DNA of 63,350 bases, filler included, from Pelomyxa schiedti (taxonomy: Eukaryota; Protista; Evosea), in the NCBI GenBank assembly GCA_020536535.1. It is 6 parts of 6 records of this genome, joined end to end, with 100 filler letters (N's around TTAATTAATTAA, not from the genome) between each part and the next. Parts side by side here need not be neighbours in the genome. Positions count along the whole stretch, not along the records: positions 1 to 20,326 come from JAHLWZ010001091.1; 5 more parts are not named here. One strand, written 5' to 3'. This document shows positions 1-11,833 of the stretch, in pieces. The notes beneath the pieces are model-generated. The model made no database searches and had not been told where the DNA came from. It was given only the letters and a program-made list of their open reading frames with translations. The first letter of the stretch is position 1; each line of letters starts with the position of its first letter. The position numbers and the translations under genes are program-made.

Positions 1-341
1 AAACTTGTTACATTTATCAAAATGCGCAAACGCGTTCTCAGTCTCTACATCAAGCAACTCCACCACTAGGTATTTAAACTGGAGTTCATGAACAACAACC
101 ATCAGAGAGAAAAGCATCACAAAACAAAACTACATAGAACCAATACATTACAATAATGGAGAAAAAAAAAACACAAGAAGAAAAACGAAGTGGCAGGTAC
201 ACTAACCCTCTTTGGCCATTTTGGTACGATGTACGCTGCGGCCACGACGATGTGAGTGATTCCGTTCTTGTCCAACAGATCTTGGTCCTCGGACGACTTG
301 TGGTCCCCAATGTACAGTCCCCCAAGCACCCGGTTCATCAT
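1..341 (-). CDS. Dual-specificity protein phosphatase, 5' part (runs off window start)
   Basis: Exon 1 (341-207) reads MMNRVLGGLYIGDHKSSEDQDLLDKNGITHIVVAA. After a GT-AG intron, exon 2 (78-1) reads FKYLVVELLDVETENAFAHFDKCNKF. This is a typical DUSP N-terminus. The catalytic loop is outside the window. Confidence 0.85.
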
Positions 342-550
342 CTGGCTGAATAAAATAATCAACGGACCGGAACGCTGTACTTTTCGTTATCGTAGCTCAG
401 GATCGGCGGTCTGGTGTTTTTTTTATTCAGCCATCTATTGAGGCCTGTTCCTATTTCGTAAAAATGTGATGGTTTTAACCGAAGGAGTTTCAATCGAATT
501 GAAATGTTTTCTTGTACTCAAACGTGAATGAAAAAACGGAAGATTGGTCC

Positions 551-621
551 GTACGTTTAGTATAATGGTAGAATAGCCGATTGCCACAAGGCTGACGGGG
601 GTTCGAATCCTCCAGCGTGCG
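551..621 (+). tRNA. tRNA-Gly(GCC) with imperfect anticodon stem
   Basis: Acceptor stem GTACGTT/AGCGTGC, box A TAGTATAATGG, T-arm GGGGG-TTCGAAT-CCTCC, anticodon loop TTGCCAC (GCC at 583-585). A T-run Pol III terminator follows at ~626-632. Confidence 0.85.
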
Positions 622-708
622 GATCTTTTTTTGTGGTTTTCCCTCCCTCTGATTTCGTTGCGTGGTCACACCAACAAAAAAGAATACAAGGCCTTCTTCC
701 GTGTGCGG

Positions 709-3700
709 ATGTACGACAACAGCGACAACCGACCAGGGCCACGCACAATACGTGGCGGTGCTGCTGGTGGTGGTGTTAATAGTAACAGCAGCAGCAACAA
801 CGGCGGGGGGGGAGACCGACGCCAAGATCTTGGTGCTGGTGCTGCTGCTGTTGTTGGTGGTGGTGGTGGTGGTGGTGGTGGTGGTGGTGGTTACGACGAC
901 GGGGGGGCGGGGGTTGGCCAACAGGTCGCGTCGTTCGTGGCCAAGACCGCTGACTTCTTGGCCACGTATTTTGTGTCTGGGTCGCTGGACTCATCGTCGT
1001 CTCGTGGTGGGGTATGTGGGTGTTCCCTGCCAAAGCACCCCCTCCCACCACCACCCCTCGCTGTATTGGTTTTGTTTTTTTTGTCCTCAGCGTTTAATGG
1101 GTGGGGGGGGTGTATTGGAATTGTGCAGGACAGTGGAGAAGGCATGGAAGGAGCTCCGGAAGAATTGGTGCAGCTTCACAAGGAATGGACGGGACTGCGT
1201 GAGTTCCTGCGTGTTCTTAAGACCCACGTCTTGTCCTCCTATAAATCCGCTGAGGTACTCTATGTTTCTTTTTCACCCCCTTCCGCAGTTTGATTTTTCA
1301 TCAAGGCGTTGTCGAACGGCATGTTGGCACTTGGCGGGCAAGTATGTCTTGGGGAATTTTCCTAATTTCTAATTGTATGTATTTAGGTTGGAACTTCTTC
1401 AATACCGATGGCTGAGCTCACTTCCCTGGCTCAGATGCCTTCTGGTACGGTTCCATCCTTTCTTTGTGGCCATTCATCATATTTGTAGAATACCACTCCA
1501 TAATGCAAAAAAGTCTTAAAAGCTTTGAAGTTGATATGAAAACAACGAACAATATAGTGAATGAATCGTTACTCATATTGAAGTCATCATGCATTGACAT
1601 TATTGAATCTGTATGCTGTCCAAGTGTTTCTCTCCACCATGATTCACAGTGGACAAAAAAAAAGGATGAGGCTACTGACCGGGATTTAAATGTAATGCTC
1701 AGAACTCGAGCGAATCTCGCGTCTCATGCCCAAGCTTACTCCAGGTTTATTACCAAGAACCATTTCCACTGATCACCAACTTACCATCAGGACCAATGAT
1801 GCTACTGGTATTGAACAGGCCATGAAACGACTGGATGAGGCAAACGAAACAACAACCAGGCTTCTAGCTTCATCTGTTACTTATAAGTATGCAATCTGTA
1901 ATAATCTTTCACCTAACTTTTGGTGTAGAATTCAAGCTGTACGTAAGGGAATCCTCCCTAGATTCTACTTACTTCCGATCTTGCATCTAGGTTGTTCAGT
2001 GTTTGGCTGGAGTTTTGAGGAGCTTGCATCACACATTAAGTACGACGAGCAGCATGATGTTGCATGCAAGACTGCAGCGCACAATGATGCAGCTGAATTC
2101 CATGCTTCTTGAACCAGCAGGTGGTTGAAAGGTTGCCTGTGGGTGGGAGGGCTATTTCGTTGCTCAGCATTTAATCATCCTTAGAACTCCTCTCTTCTCC
2201 CCAACTCCCTTCTCTACAGCAACAGAATGGCAGCACTTCTCCAAACCTACCAGGCCCAAAGCAAGAAAGAAAAATCCCGAACCCTACAAGTACACCCACA
2301 ACGACACTATTAAAAGACTTACCCCAGCTAGATGCAGTGGAATCCTTTGGTGAAGCCTCCGAAAGATGCCCATCCCGCACCAAAATTTCCGTTGACATAC
2401 CCCCTATGGCAGTAACACAGCCCGCAATGGCCACGGCCTCAACCTCAATTGATCTCCCGACTCCGCCCCAGACAACACCCGAAATTGCTCGCGGATTTCC
2501 CACAACAACCCCAAAAGCATCCTCACCTCCTCTAAAAGCTCCTATCCCTGAAATGCCCTCATCCCTGCGTGCCTCCTCTCCAGAACTTTCTGTTGATCCC
2601 AACAAAGATGACAGGCTCACACGAAAAGACTACACACAACCAGATATGAGACAGCAAAACCGCGGGCTCGCACCCCCAGAAATCAAATCACCTAAACTTC
2701 CAGAAGCACAAGTTTCTACCACAAGAACACAAAATTATACTCCCTCAACAACTTCAAAAGATTATATTGGGATTTCATCTGAAACCCCCAACTTCAATAG
2801 ACAATCTGCAGTCGAGCCAGCCCATTCACCAGATAACAGCAGAGGTAAGGATTTGTATTACTTTATAAATTAACTTGTGCATGCAGGTTCCAAGACTATT
2901 TCCGTAACACCCAGCAATCAGTCTAGCTTACTGGATCTTGACTTTGGACATGTCCCAACGGCAGGTACATGAGGAGATGGTCTGAAAGTACAACTCAAAA
3001 GTGAGTAGGGAAAAAAGGAAGTGGAGTGACGTCACCAAGTGTGGCTACCACAGATCCAGATCCTTTTGGAATATTTAGTCAAAAGGCTACTATAACCCCT
3101 TTGCATACAAAGCCTCCAGTTGTTTCACTTTTGTATGATAGTGCCGGAAGCTCATTACTCTTTCCATCTCCTTCTCCAGCAAAAGACCCAGCTTCGTCGC
3201 CTTCATTCTGGCCTCCTACAACCAAATCATCTATTTCAAGTTCCAACAGTGGTGCAGTGCCTCAAAATTCCTCACGTGGGTCTCACTATGAGGACATCCT
3301 CTTTGGACTAAACTCACCACCATCCTCCTCAACCACACCACTGCAAGGTGGGCCACGACAAAGCCCATCTAACACTGGTAACTCTAAGGAAAACAACATG
3401 TCCGAGGAGGAGATATCCAATATGGTGGAGCAATGGGCAAACCAGCGAGGGGAAAACAATATACGAGCGTTATTGGCCTCCTTGCATCAGGTAACAACGC
3501 CGTTACCGTGGTCCATCATCTCATTTTCACCAGGTTTTATGGTCCAGTTCTGGTTGGGTCCCTATTGGGTTGGGCAGTATAGTAAGCGACGCGGATTTGC
3601 ACCGCGTGTACAGATTGGCTCTTACTTCTCTACACCCGGATAAAGTCCCTAACTCCCCACAAAATGTGTACTAAAGGCTCTTTAGGTACGGCATTGCACT

Positions 3701-3802
3701 CCACAGCAACAGCTTATTGCACAGAGAGTTTTCAACATTCTCCGGAATGCAGAAAGAGTGTACAAGGAAAGCACTCAACAGAACCAGCAACAAATTGACT
3801 AG
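709..3802 (+). CDS. Auxilin-like protein: N-terminal helical (BAR-like) region, Pro/Ser/Thr-rich linker, C-terminal J domain; multi-exon
   Basis: Spliced C-terminus NIRALLASLHQVLWSSSGWVPIGLGSIVSDADLHRVYRLALTSLHPDKV...QQLIAQRVFNIL matches the auxilin/Swa2 J domain with HPD. DPF and LLDLD motifs lie in the linker. Confidence 0.85.
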
Positions 3803-3943
3803 GCCCAACAAAGTACAAAACCAGTACCGCCACTTATTGTGAACTAACACAAACAACAGGGCGTGTCCGATTTTTGTGAAGGAGAAGAGACCCAATAAAA
3901 AGGGTTTGGGAAGAGAATTCCTATTTGCAGCACAAACTTATGT

Positions 3944-6880
3944 TCATTCCTCTAGTTGTGTAATGGTAACAAGGCCAGGACCATCCCAGCCCGTTACTAT
4001 GCGTGTTGTTGTTGTGGTGGTGGTTTTTGTTGACAGTGGTGTTACTTCCGTTGTTGATGTTTTTGCCGTCGCCGGAGTTATTGGTGCTGGTTGCTGTTCC
4101 TGTGTGTGCACCAGTTGTTGTTGCGTTTGTGTTTGTGATTGTGATTGTGATACAGAAGATAGAGCTCTGTCAGTGTCAATGTATGATCCCCCGCCACCGC
4201 CGGGTGGGTTGTAGTTGTTGTCACCGGCTGAGCCGCCGCTGTATCCCCCTCCTCCGCCGCTGCCGCCGTAGCCTCCGGGTCCACCGCCTCCAAATCCCCC
4301 GTTCTGGCTGCCATTTATTGTCTTGAAGTCCTTGGTTGGTGTTAGAATAAAATCTGTTTTTTTTTTTTTTGGCGTAATGTAACTTTGGTTAATTTCTATT
4401 AAATATGCAATGAAGGGATGTGGAGATACTCACGCCTCCCTTGCCTCCTGTGCGGAATGACATGGCGGCTGCGTAGCCAAAGATATCGGGAATCTCACCG
4501 TTGCCGAGAAAGCCAGCACCGCCTCCACCACGGTTGCTCTCTTTGAAACAACTCCCACCAAAGCCATCAATTCCTGCCTTGAATATTTGGTTGGAGTTTC
4601 CGTTGGGTTCAGTATTGGCATCCAGAATAGCTAAAAGGGTGAGGGATTTTGCGGATTAATTATAAAAAGTTTACAGTGGTAACAGAAGAAACAAATAATA
4701 AAAAAACAGAAGAAACAAAGAATAAAAGAATATACCTTGCCAATCAAAGTCAGAATGGTATCCAACTCGGTAGGACCCTCCTCCACCTGCAACTACCAGA
4801 GGGATTGAAGTTCGTCTATTGGGTCCAAGGGTTACAAAGGTACCACCACCCCCGCCATTGAATTCGCTCTATACAAGTATTAATTAAATCGTGCTTGCGG
4901 GTTGTTACAAACTTGGTTTGGTTGCTGACCAACTAAGATCAGAAGAGTGTCATTCTTGTTAAGGGCAAATGTTCCCGATACAATAGCGCCTCTTCCTTTT
5001 CTGCCTTTAGTTTCACTGACAGCTGGACCAGAAGAATAAGTTTGAGCAACTGAAGAAGCTCCTTTAGCAACTATGCAGTACCTAAAGATGTTATTCACTA
5101 CACCAATAACATGGAAAAAAACCTGGCAGTTTCAGGAACTGTCCAGTGCTGATATCCATCTGTATCAATGGTAGCAGTTCCTCCTAAGCCAACTTCATAA
5201 ACTTGTGCCGCGGGCCCTGATGGTCCTGAAGTATTCCGAGAATCCAGCTGAGCTACGTTCAATACTGGGAGATCTGCCGGGCCTGGTTTTTCTCGTGTTA
5301 CAACTGAAACACGGGGTATTTCTTGGATGAACTTAAGAGCACGGCTGAATGCTTCATTGTTGCAAGGGGAAAAAGATATGACTTCCGGTTGTTGTAAAGA
5401 TTCCTTCATCAGCCTCTATCCCACATTACTAATTTTACTTTAAGAAATTAAAGTACAGAAACCTTGAGTTGTTTGGTTACTTTGCCAACGACATTAATCA
5501 GCTCGCGGTCAGGTGCTGTTTGTAGAGAGCTGACATAAAATAGCATAGAGTCCAATTGTTCACAGTGTCGCTGAATTCTTGAAAGTTTTTCCTTAGAAAC
5601 AGCCACTGGACATTGAATGAATAAATGGCAAAATGAAAACGGACAAACTGTTTTCCATGAAATCTTTATCGAGGGTGGAAATTGTTTCTTCACACTGTGC
5701 ATTTAGTGCATTCACGAGAGAAGTGTACTTGGACCTTATTTCCGCCTTTGCTGCCAGTAAGTCCTGAAATGGTTTCACCCAAAAAAACGAAAGTTTTTCT
5801 AGATACTTGGTCATAAGCAGTCAACTTCTTTGAGGTGTCGTCAAGCAATCCTTGTGCAAGATCTCGGCGTTTCTTTACTATAACCATGGAAGCTGAAAGG
5901 GATTCCCTTCTCTTATTCATTTCAGCAGATAATAGTGAAACCGTGTGACCCTTGTGCTGCAAGATGGGGCATATGTGGCATATGCCAACGCCGCATTCTA
6001 GACAGAAAAGTTGTTGTGTGTTTCCAGAATGCAGTGGACATTCAGGAACTGTTTCCCTTTCCTTGTTGTGTTGTCAATTAAACTTGTGAGGGGGGAAAAC
6101 CCGCATACTTGTTTGATGGTGGAGCGGGAGAGATTATCAATTGGCACAAGTGAGGATATGTGACTCTCCAGCAGCTCGTTATGCAAATTAACACATGTCG
6201 TGCACATGGGGCTATTTTGACACAGAGAGCAAAACATCACAGCTGAGCTGTTACACTTAGCTCTCTCTGAAAACTTAAGTTATTGGTATTCGCAATTCCC
6301 CCCTTTTTGTAAAAACTTGAAAGCTAACTGCATTTTATATCCGAAGGAGCTGAAGAGGTATGAGAAAGTGCCTCCATCAAAGAGTAATTCTTTGGCAAGA
6401 AATCCAATGATGTCTAAGCAGTGTAAGTTTTCAAAGGCTACTTCCACTATTAATATATTTTATGTCAATCAGTCTCACTCAAGTAACGATGGAAAAACAA
6501 CTTTTTTTACTCCACAACCTTGGAAGTCTGCGTCGTTCCGGGCGATGAGCTTTGCACCACAGCTGCCGACGCAATCGCTGTCGGTTGGTTATCCAAAGGG
6601 CACGGAAACTCGGCGGCGCCGCATTGCACCGCCCGCGAAACCAGAGCCCCCGCACACGAAACGCACACCGTGTGCAGACAGTCCAACACCCTTTTTTTTG
6701 GTTTTTTTTCCCGCCACTTTAGATTATGGGGGGGGGGCTGAGAGCCACACACTCACACTCTCACACACACCTTGGTTGCCTCGACTCCAGGTCGAAAGGG
6801 GATCTACACACCCTGCAGTCCAGCGCCGACAGACCAACTACGGCCGCATCGGCCCCCGATCCCCCTGCTGCAACGTCCAT
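3944..6880 (-). CDS. TRIM-like protein: RING, two B-boxes, coiled coil, C-terminal ALK/LTK-type glycine-rich domain; multi-exon
   Basis: RING CRVC...CLHTVCVSC...CPLD. B-boxes FCSLCQNSPMCTTCVNLH and HCILECGVGICHIC..HKGH. C-terminal GYQHWTVPETARYCIVAKGA...GRGAIVSGTFALNKNDTLLILVGQ, GGGGG runs and terminal DGPGLVTIT. Confidence 0.8.
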
Positions 6881-7108
6881 GGATAAAAAAAAAGTCTCAC
6901 TTGATCGTCGCTGATTTTCGGGGAAGTGGTGCTGCGCCCCACTACCTCTTCCAACCAAGCAAAGTTGTGTGTTTGCATGAAACAACAAAGTTCGCTTTGT
7001 TGGAAGGGTTGCGGAAGACAACTTTTGTTCCATAAATATTTCCTCTTCGTTGTTCTTTTTTTTATTAGCTTGTGGCGTTGCTGTACACAAACGGTGAGTC
7101 ACTCAAAT

Positions 7109-8687
7109 TCATGGAAAGCCTTGGTGACTCGGCAAAGAAGGGGCAAAGGAAGAGGGGTGCGAATGGCAGTGAGGGACTGGAGACAGGTGCAGAAACGGGT
7201 GAACCGCGAACACCCGGGCCAAAACAGAGCCAGTCAGCAGGTCAACAACACTCACTTGTTTCCTCCCAACTGTGTCAAACAGGAAAACGAGGCTCCCACT
7301 GCACTGAAAGCTGCCCAATGTGTAGCCCTCAGTTGTTGGGCTGTTCACCACCACCTTGCACATGTCGGCTGTTTTTGGAGTGCCATTCACACCCCAGACC
7401 TCGTGTGTGAGGGTCTTGAAGATGCAGAACTGGGATTCATTCATGCAGTGCAGATGTATGCAGCAAGAATCAACTATCTGCTCCTCTTGTGGCCCCTCTA
7501 TCCAGTGCACTCCCGTGCCCATCAAGCACTTGGAATCATTTGATGTGGCAATGACAACGATGCTGCCGTTTCGCTTCTTCATGACAATGGCAGATTCTGC
7601 TTTCCAGGCAACATTGTAGTTACAAACAAGGTTAAGTTCCTTGTCTGGTGTGGAGTTGGCCAGGTCAAAAACGGCGAATGTTGTATACACTGCACTGGGA
7701 GTGCCCGGAGATAGGTCCAAAGCATACCATGAAGAGAGGTTCGGAATTTGCCTTTGAGAGACCAGGAGCAACTCATCAGATTCGGAGAGGATAACCTTCT
7801 CCACTGAAGATATATTAGTCGCCCACATTGGCAAACCGCGGGGGAGTTTTCCAAATACGGACAGGCTGGAGTCCTCCTGTATCTGTGCAACCAGAAGAGT
7901 GTCCCTAAAGCCATCACTAGACACCCACCACTTCCCATTGCTGACTGGCTCAAAAGCTAAAGTTATATAAACTTCGCACAGTATCTTCTTCGCACCACTT
8001 GCCATGTTGTTGATGACGACTTGCTTCTCACCGCACATAACACACATTCCATCTCCAACCCAGTTCAAAGCCCGTTGGGCTGGAAACCTCCTGGAACCAC
8101 CACATGCCACAATCCCAAGCCCACGTGACACACGCAGTGACAGCGCAAAGTTATCCAGCTTCGTATTGTCAGTGGATTCATTGCCACCATCACTCTGAGT
8201 GCCTGGCAGTGTTTTCGTGGTGTCGAATTGCATCAGAGCCATGACCACACACGAGAATCCGCCGGCCATCGTCATCCACAGTTCCCTGAGTGACTTCATG
8301 AAGGGTTTGGTTGCGAGTAACCATGGAAGCCGGGCTGTTGCCGCCGCAGCGATTGTGGGAGGACACCAGGAAAGTGAAGAAGCGTGAGTTGGGGTCAATC
8401 GCAGTGGACCACGTGACATCCAGGGGGTTGTAGGATTGGCTGACCATGTTTTTGTAGTAGTGGTCACTTGTTTCCTCTTCACTTCTTGAGACGCTGTATG
8501 TGCTTTTTTCGGGTGTGCTTGTGGGTGCGGTGCAGTTGCTGGTGGGTTGTTGTGACGTCACAAAATTGAACGCCCTCGGCCTCTTGGGGGGCGTCGCTCG
8601 GCGTGTATTGGACTTGCCGTCCTCGTCCGTGTCGTAGTCTTCCAGCGCCTCTACGTAACCATCGTCGTCTTCGTCGAAATCAACCAT
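7109..8687 (-). CDS. Lineage-specific orphan family protein (beta-rich body); frame break near 8300
   Basis: The N-terminal frame (8687 start) carries the motif NSRFFTFLVSSHNRCGGNSPA. The body frame (to 7109) carries VSRGLGIV, NGKWWV and DLLTGSVLA, shared with ORFs at 26721, 35251 and 36829. Confidence 0.65.
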
Positions 8688-8925
8688 TTTGGTTGGATTT
8701 TAGTTTTTGTTACCGGGTTTTTCATGTCCAGAGCAAACAGATCAAGTTATTGCCAAACCTAACAACTTGTTGAACATTTTTTGGAATTGGAACAACCAAG
8801 CATGAAATATTAGTGTCAAGAGGACTTAGAAGGAACAATAATAATAAATTATTGTCGGTTGTACTTTACACATTCTACTAGTGCTACACGCACCGTATCT
8901 AGTGGTGCCGTCAAACACTTCACTC

Positions 8926-10038
8926 TCATAGTATGTTACAACATCCTTTGGGGGCCTTGGTGGCTGGAGATTTGCGCATCGGTTGCTTTTTTGCTTTATC
9001 TTTGCTTTTATCTCCATAGACACCCGGTTTGCTGGTTTTGTTTTTGTGTTATTTTGGAAAGCTAACGTGTCAATCAGCATACTCTCTTTCTATCTCTTCC
9101 ACAAAGGACTGAAAGAATCCATTAATATCGAGTTTCGGGTCAATTGCACTCAGCTCCCGAAATTCCAGAACGTGCCGGCTTGCAAATTCCTGAAGGTTGA
9201 GTGACTAAGAGCGATGGATTGTAATACAAGAGATAGTACTTGCACTTCCGCTCTTGGTACAAGGCGATTGGAATCTAGATCAATCTTGTTTGCTACGATC
9301 ATCTTTTTTTATCGTTTGGGAAGTGAGAAATGACATATTGACTCACCACTCTCACGCAATCTTCACTGCTGGTGTACCGTGCAACCTCTGATAACCATTC
9401 TTCCACTCTTCCGAAAGACTCTGGATCTAGACACAACTATATGAACACCATAATACTGTAACGTATCCTTACTTGTGACATCGAACATAAGAACAATACC
9501 AGTAGCATCTCTGTAATAGGCCCCAGTTATGTTTCGGAATCTGTGACAAAGATAAGATTCCCGCTTATTCTATTGCTAAGCGCACTTTTCTTGACCAGCA
9601 GTATCCCACTACCGCGGAGTTAGAGCCAAAGAAGTAAAAGAGTGGCGGGGATATACAATTTGGGCCCGTATGTCAACTCCGTCGACATTGAATTTTTTCA
9701 ATTTCTGCTGGAAAGTCATTCTAAGAGTATATGTATGATAGGAACGCACGTAATCAGGAGAATGCTCAGGAGAACCTTCATCTTCCTTGAGAAAAGAATT
9801 AAATCACAAGGAAACCTGCTGTTGTATATATATTACCTGTAAGCGATCGAAAATAGTAGCTGCGACAAAAATAAATAAGTACCAATACCGCATCCACCAC
9901 AAAAAAAAAGTGACAACGCACTTTTTCCTACGCCGAGGTCTCCAAGAAGAAGTATTTTCTGTACAACATCGCTTCGCAACAAGTTAACTCAACATTGGTA
10001 GAAAGGAAGGCTACATACGAGCCTCCAAGAAACGACAT
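8926..10038 (-). CDS. Divergent Rab1-like small GTPase (about 11 short exons)
   Basis: Spliced: KILLLGDLGVGKT, WDTAGQE, FRNITGAYYRDATG, VANKID, ELSAID, C-terminal GCCNIL*. Missed by the ORF track because of micro-exons. Confidence 0.85.
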
Positions 10039-10471
10039 GTTGTCCGTTCAAGATCCAAAACCACACGCACAGTGCGTAATTATTATTTTTATGAACAAAG
10101 AGAAAGTGAACACCAAATTTTGACATTAGTTGCCTGCACTCGGAAACACGTTCCGGCGGAATGTGACATTCGAAGAATGTGCGGTTCGGAATGTGCCTTC
10201 GTGCTGTTGCTTGTTTATGCACCGTTGCTATTCTATTTCCGGCATTATCTAATACCTAATAAGCAGAGAGTCGTTAGCACTTGGCCCTTTTGTGTCCAGG
10301 GGAGTACCATCAATCAACTCACTTTTGAGCGAAAAAGAGCCTAACGTTTTTCTGAGAGCAGGACAAAGACAGTTCAATCATAACAATAATACGAAACGTG
10401 AACGTATCGCGGTGTGTGAGATCTGAGGTGCTGACGTGAGTGATGTCGTTTGGGTAAATTTGTTGGATTCA

Positions 10472-11657
10472 ATGGGAGTGCGACTGTATTGTCGACGTAT
10501 TTGTTTGGTTTGTTGTTGTGGCTCATCGGCACGTAGATCCGAACCATACTTCAAACTGCTTCTGCTGGGTGACCACGGCGTTGGAAAGAGTTGAGCCCAC
10601 TCCTTTTTTCCTATTGTAATAGCTTCTAGTGAGTTGTATTGTTTTGTTTACTGACACTTTTTACAGCTACGGTCTTGGGAAGAATTCAAGTAAGCTTTGA
10701 CGTTATACGCGTTCCTCTTTAGCCAGTGAACAATTAACTCTTCCTAGGAAGATCCCAGCAGTGGGAGACCGGATTATGCAACAGATTATGTACAATAAAC
10801 ATACCTTTATCGTTGTCAAACACAATTCAGAAAATCAAAACATGGGATGTTGAAGGAAGAAGTATTAAGACACAAATTGTGCGCTTCCTTTGCCTTTTCC
10901 TTTTCTGTCATTAATTTATATTTGGGAACAGTGGGATACCGCAGGACAGGAGAAGTATGCTTTAGTTTTTATGATCATTTGAATAAACAACACCTACAAA
11001 CAACAAAAGATTTCGAACTATAACAGGCAATTTATCTTTTGCACATTCAACGTATAACCAGTCTTCAGGATCATATTACAGAGGTGCCAAAGGTGTATTA
11101 TTACTCGTTAGCTGTACAGGTGAGCCATTTTGTGAACAATCATTCCATCAACTATATCAAACAAGATATCGAATCATTCACTAGTGCGGAGCAATGGCTG
11201 AGTGATATTGAAAGATATGCTATGGAAGAAATGACTATTGTAATCTCCGAACCAACATATTAAAGATCTCACTGCCCCGCACCAACAGATTTTGATTGCC
11301 AACAAAATTGATCTGGCAGAGAAAAGGGTAGTTCAAACTTCAGCAATGAAGGTTATTTTTACTACAAGTTTCTCGGTACTCACTTTAACAGGATTGGGCG
11401 GACCAACACGGTACTCTGTTTATAGAAATATCCGCGATTGATCCGTCCCTTGATATTGACAGTGTTATTAAACCTCTGGTTTCCTCTATTTACCAACGGC
11501 AAAGGTACCTACCCAATTTCGCGAACTACAACAAACCACATCAACATAAAGGGGCGACGGGCGGTCGTCAACGCCGGTCGGAACCGAGACTATACACTTA
11601 AAAAAGCGGCGAGGTACTACAGTAAAGAAGCCAGCCAACAAATGCATGCTACTGTAA
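10472..11657 (+). CDS. Divergent Rab1-like small GTPase, paralogue of the adjacent gene (about 12 short exons)
   Basis: Spliced: FKLLLLGDHGVGKT, WDTAGQE, FRTITGSYYRGAKG, IANKID, EISAID, C-terminal CaaX CMLL*. Confidence 0.85.
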
Positions 11658-11833
11658 AAAGAGGGAAACAAAAAACCCAACACCCATTGTACATTCAGGC
11701 CCAACCCTCAACACACCACCAACAACAATCACGATCACAGCTCACGGGGTCAACACCCCTGATGCGGCACAATTTCAATCAAGTTGGGCTTTCCGTTTCT
11801 TCGTTTTTTCTTTTCGTCATCCCATCATCAGCC

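Noticed and set aside
490-1372. Overlapping ORFs with poly-Thr, poly-Val and poly-His
   Set aside because: Alternative-frame readings of a (GGT)n poly-Gly tract in the auxilin-like gene.
11438-11833. N-terminal extension of the 559-aa ORF
   Set aside because: Overlaps the last exons of the Rab-like gene. The likely start is ATG 11834.
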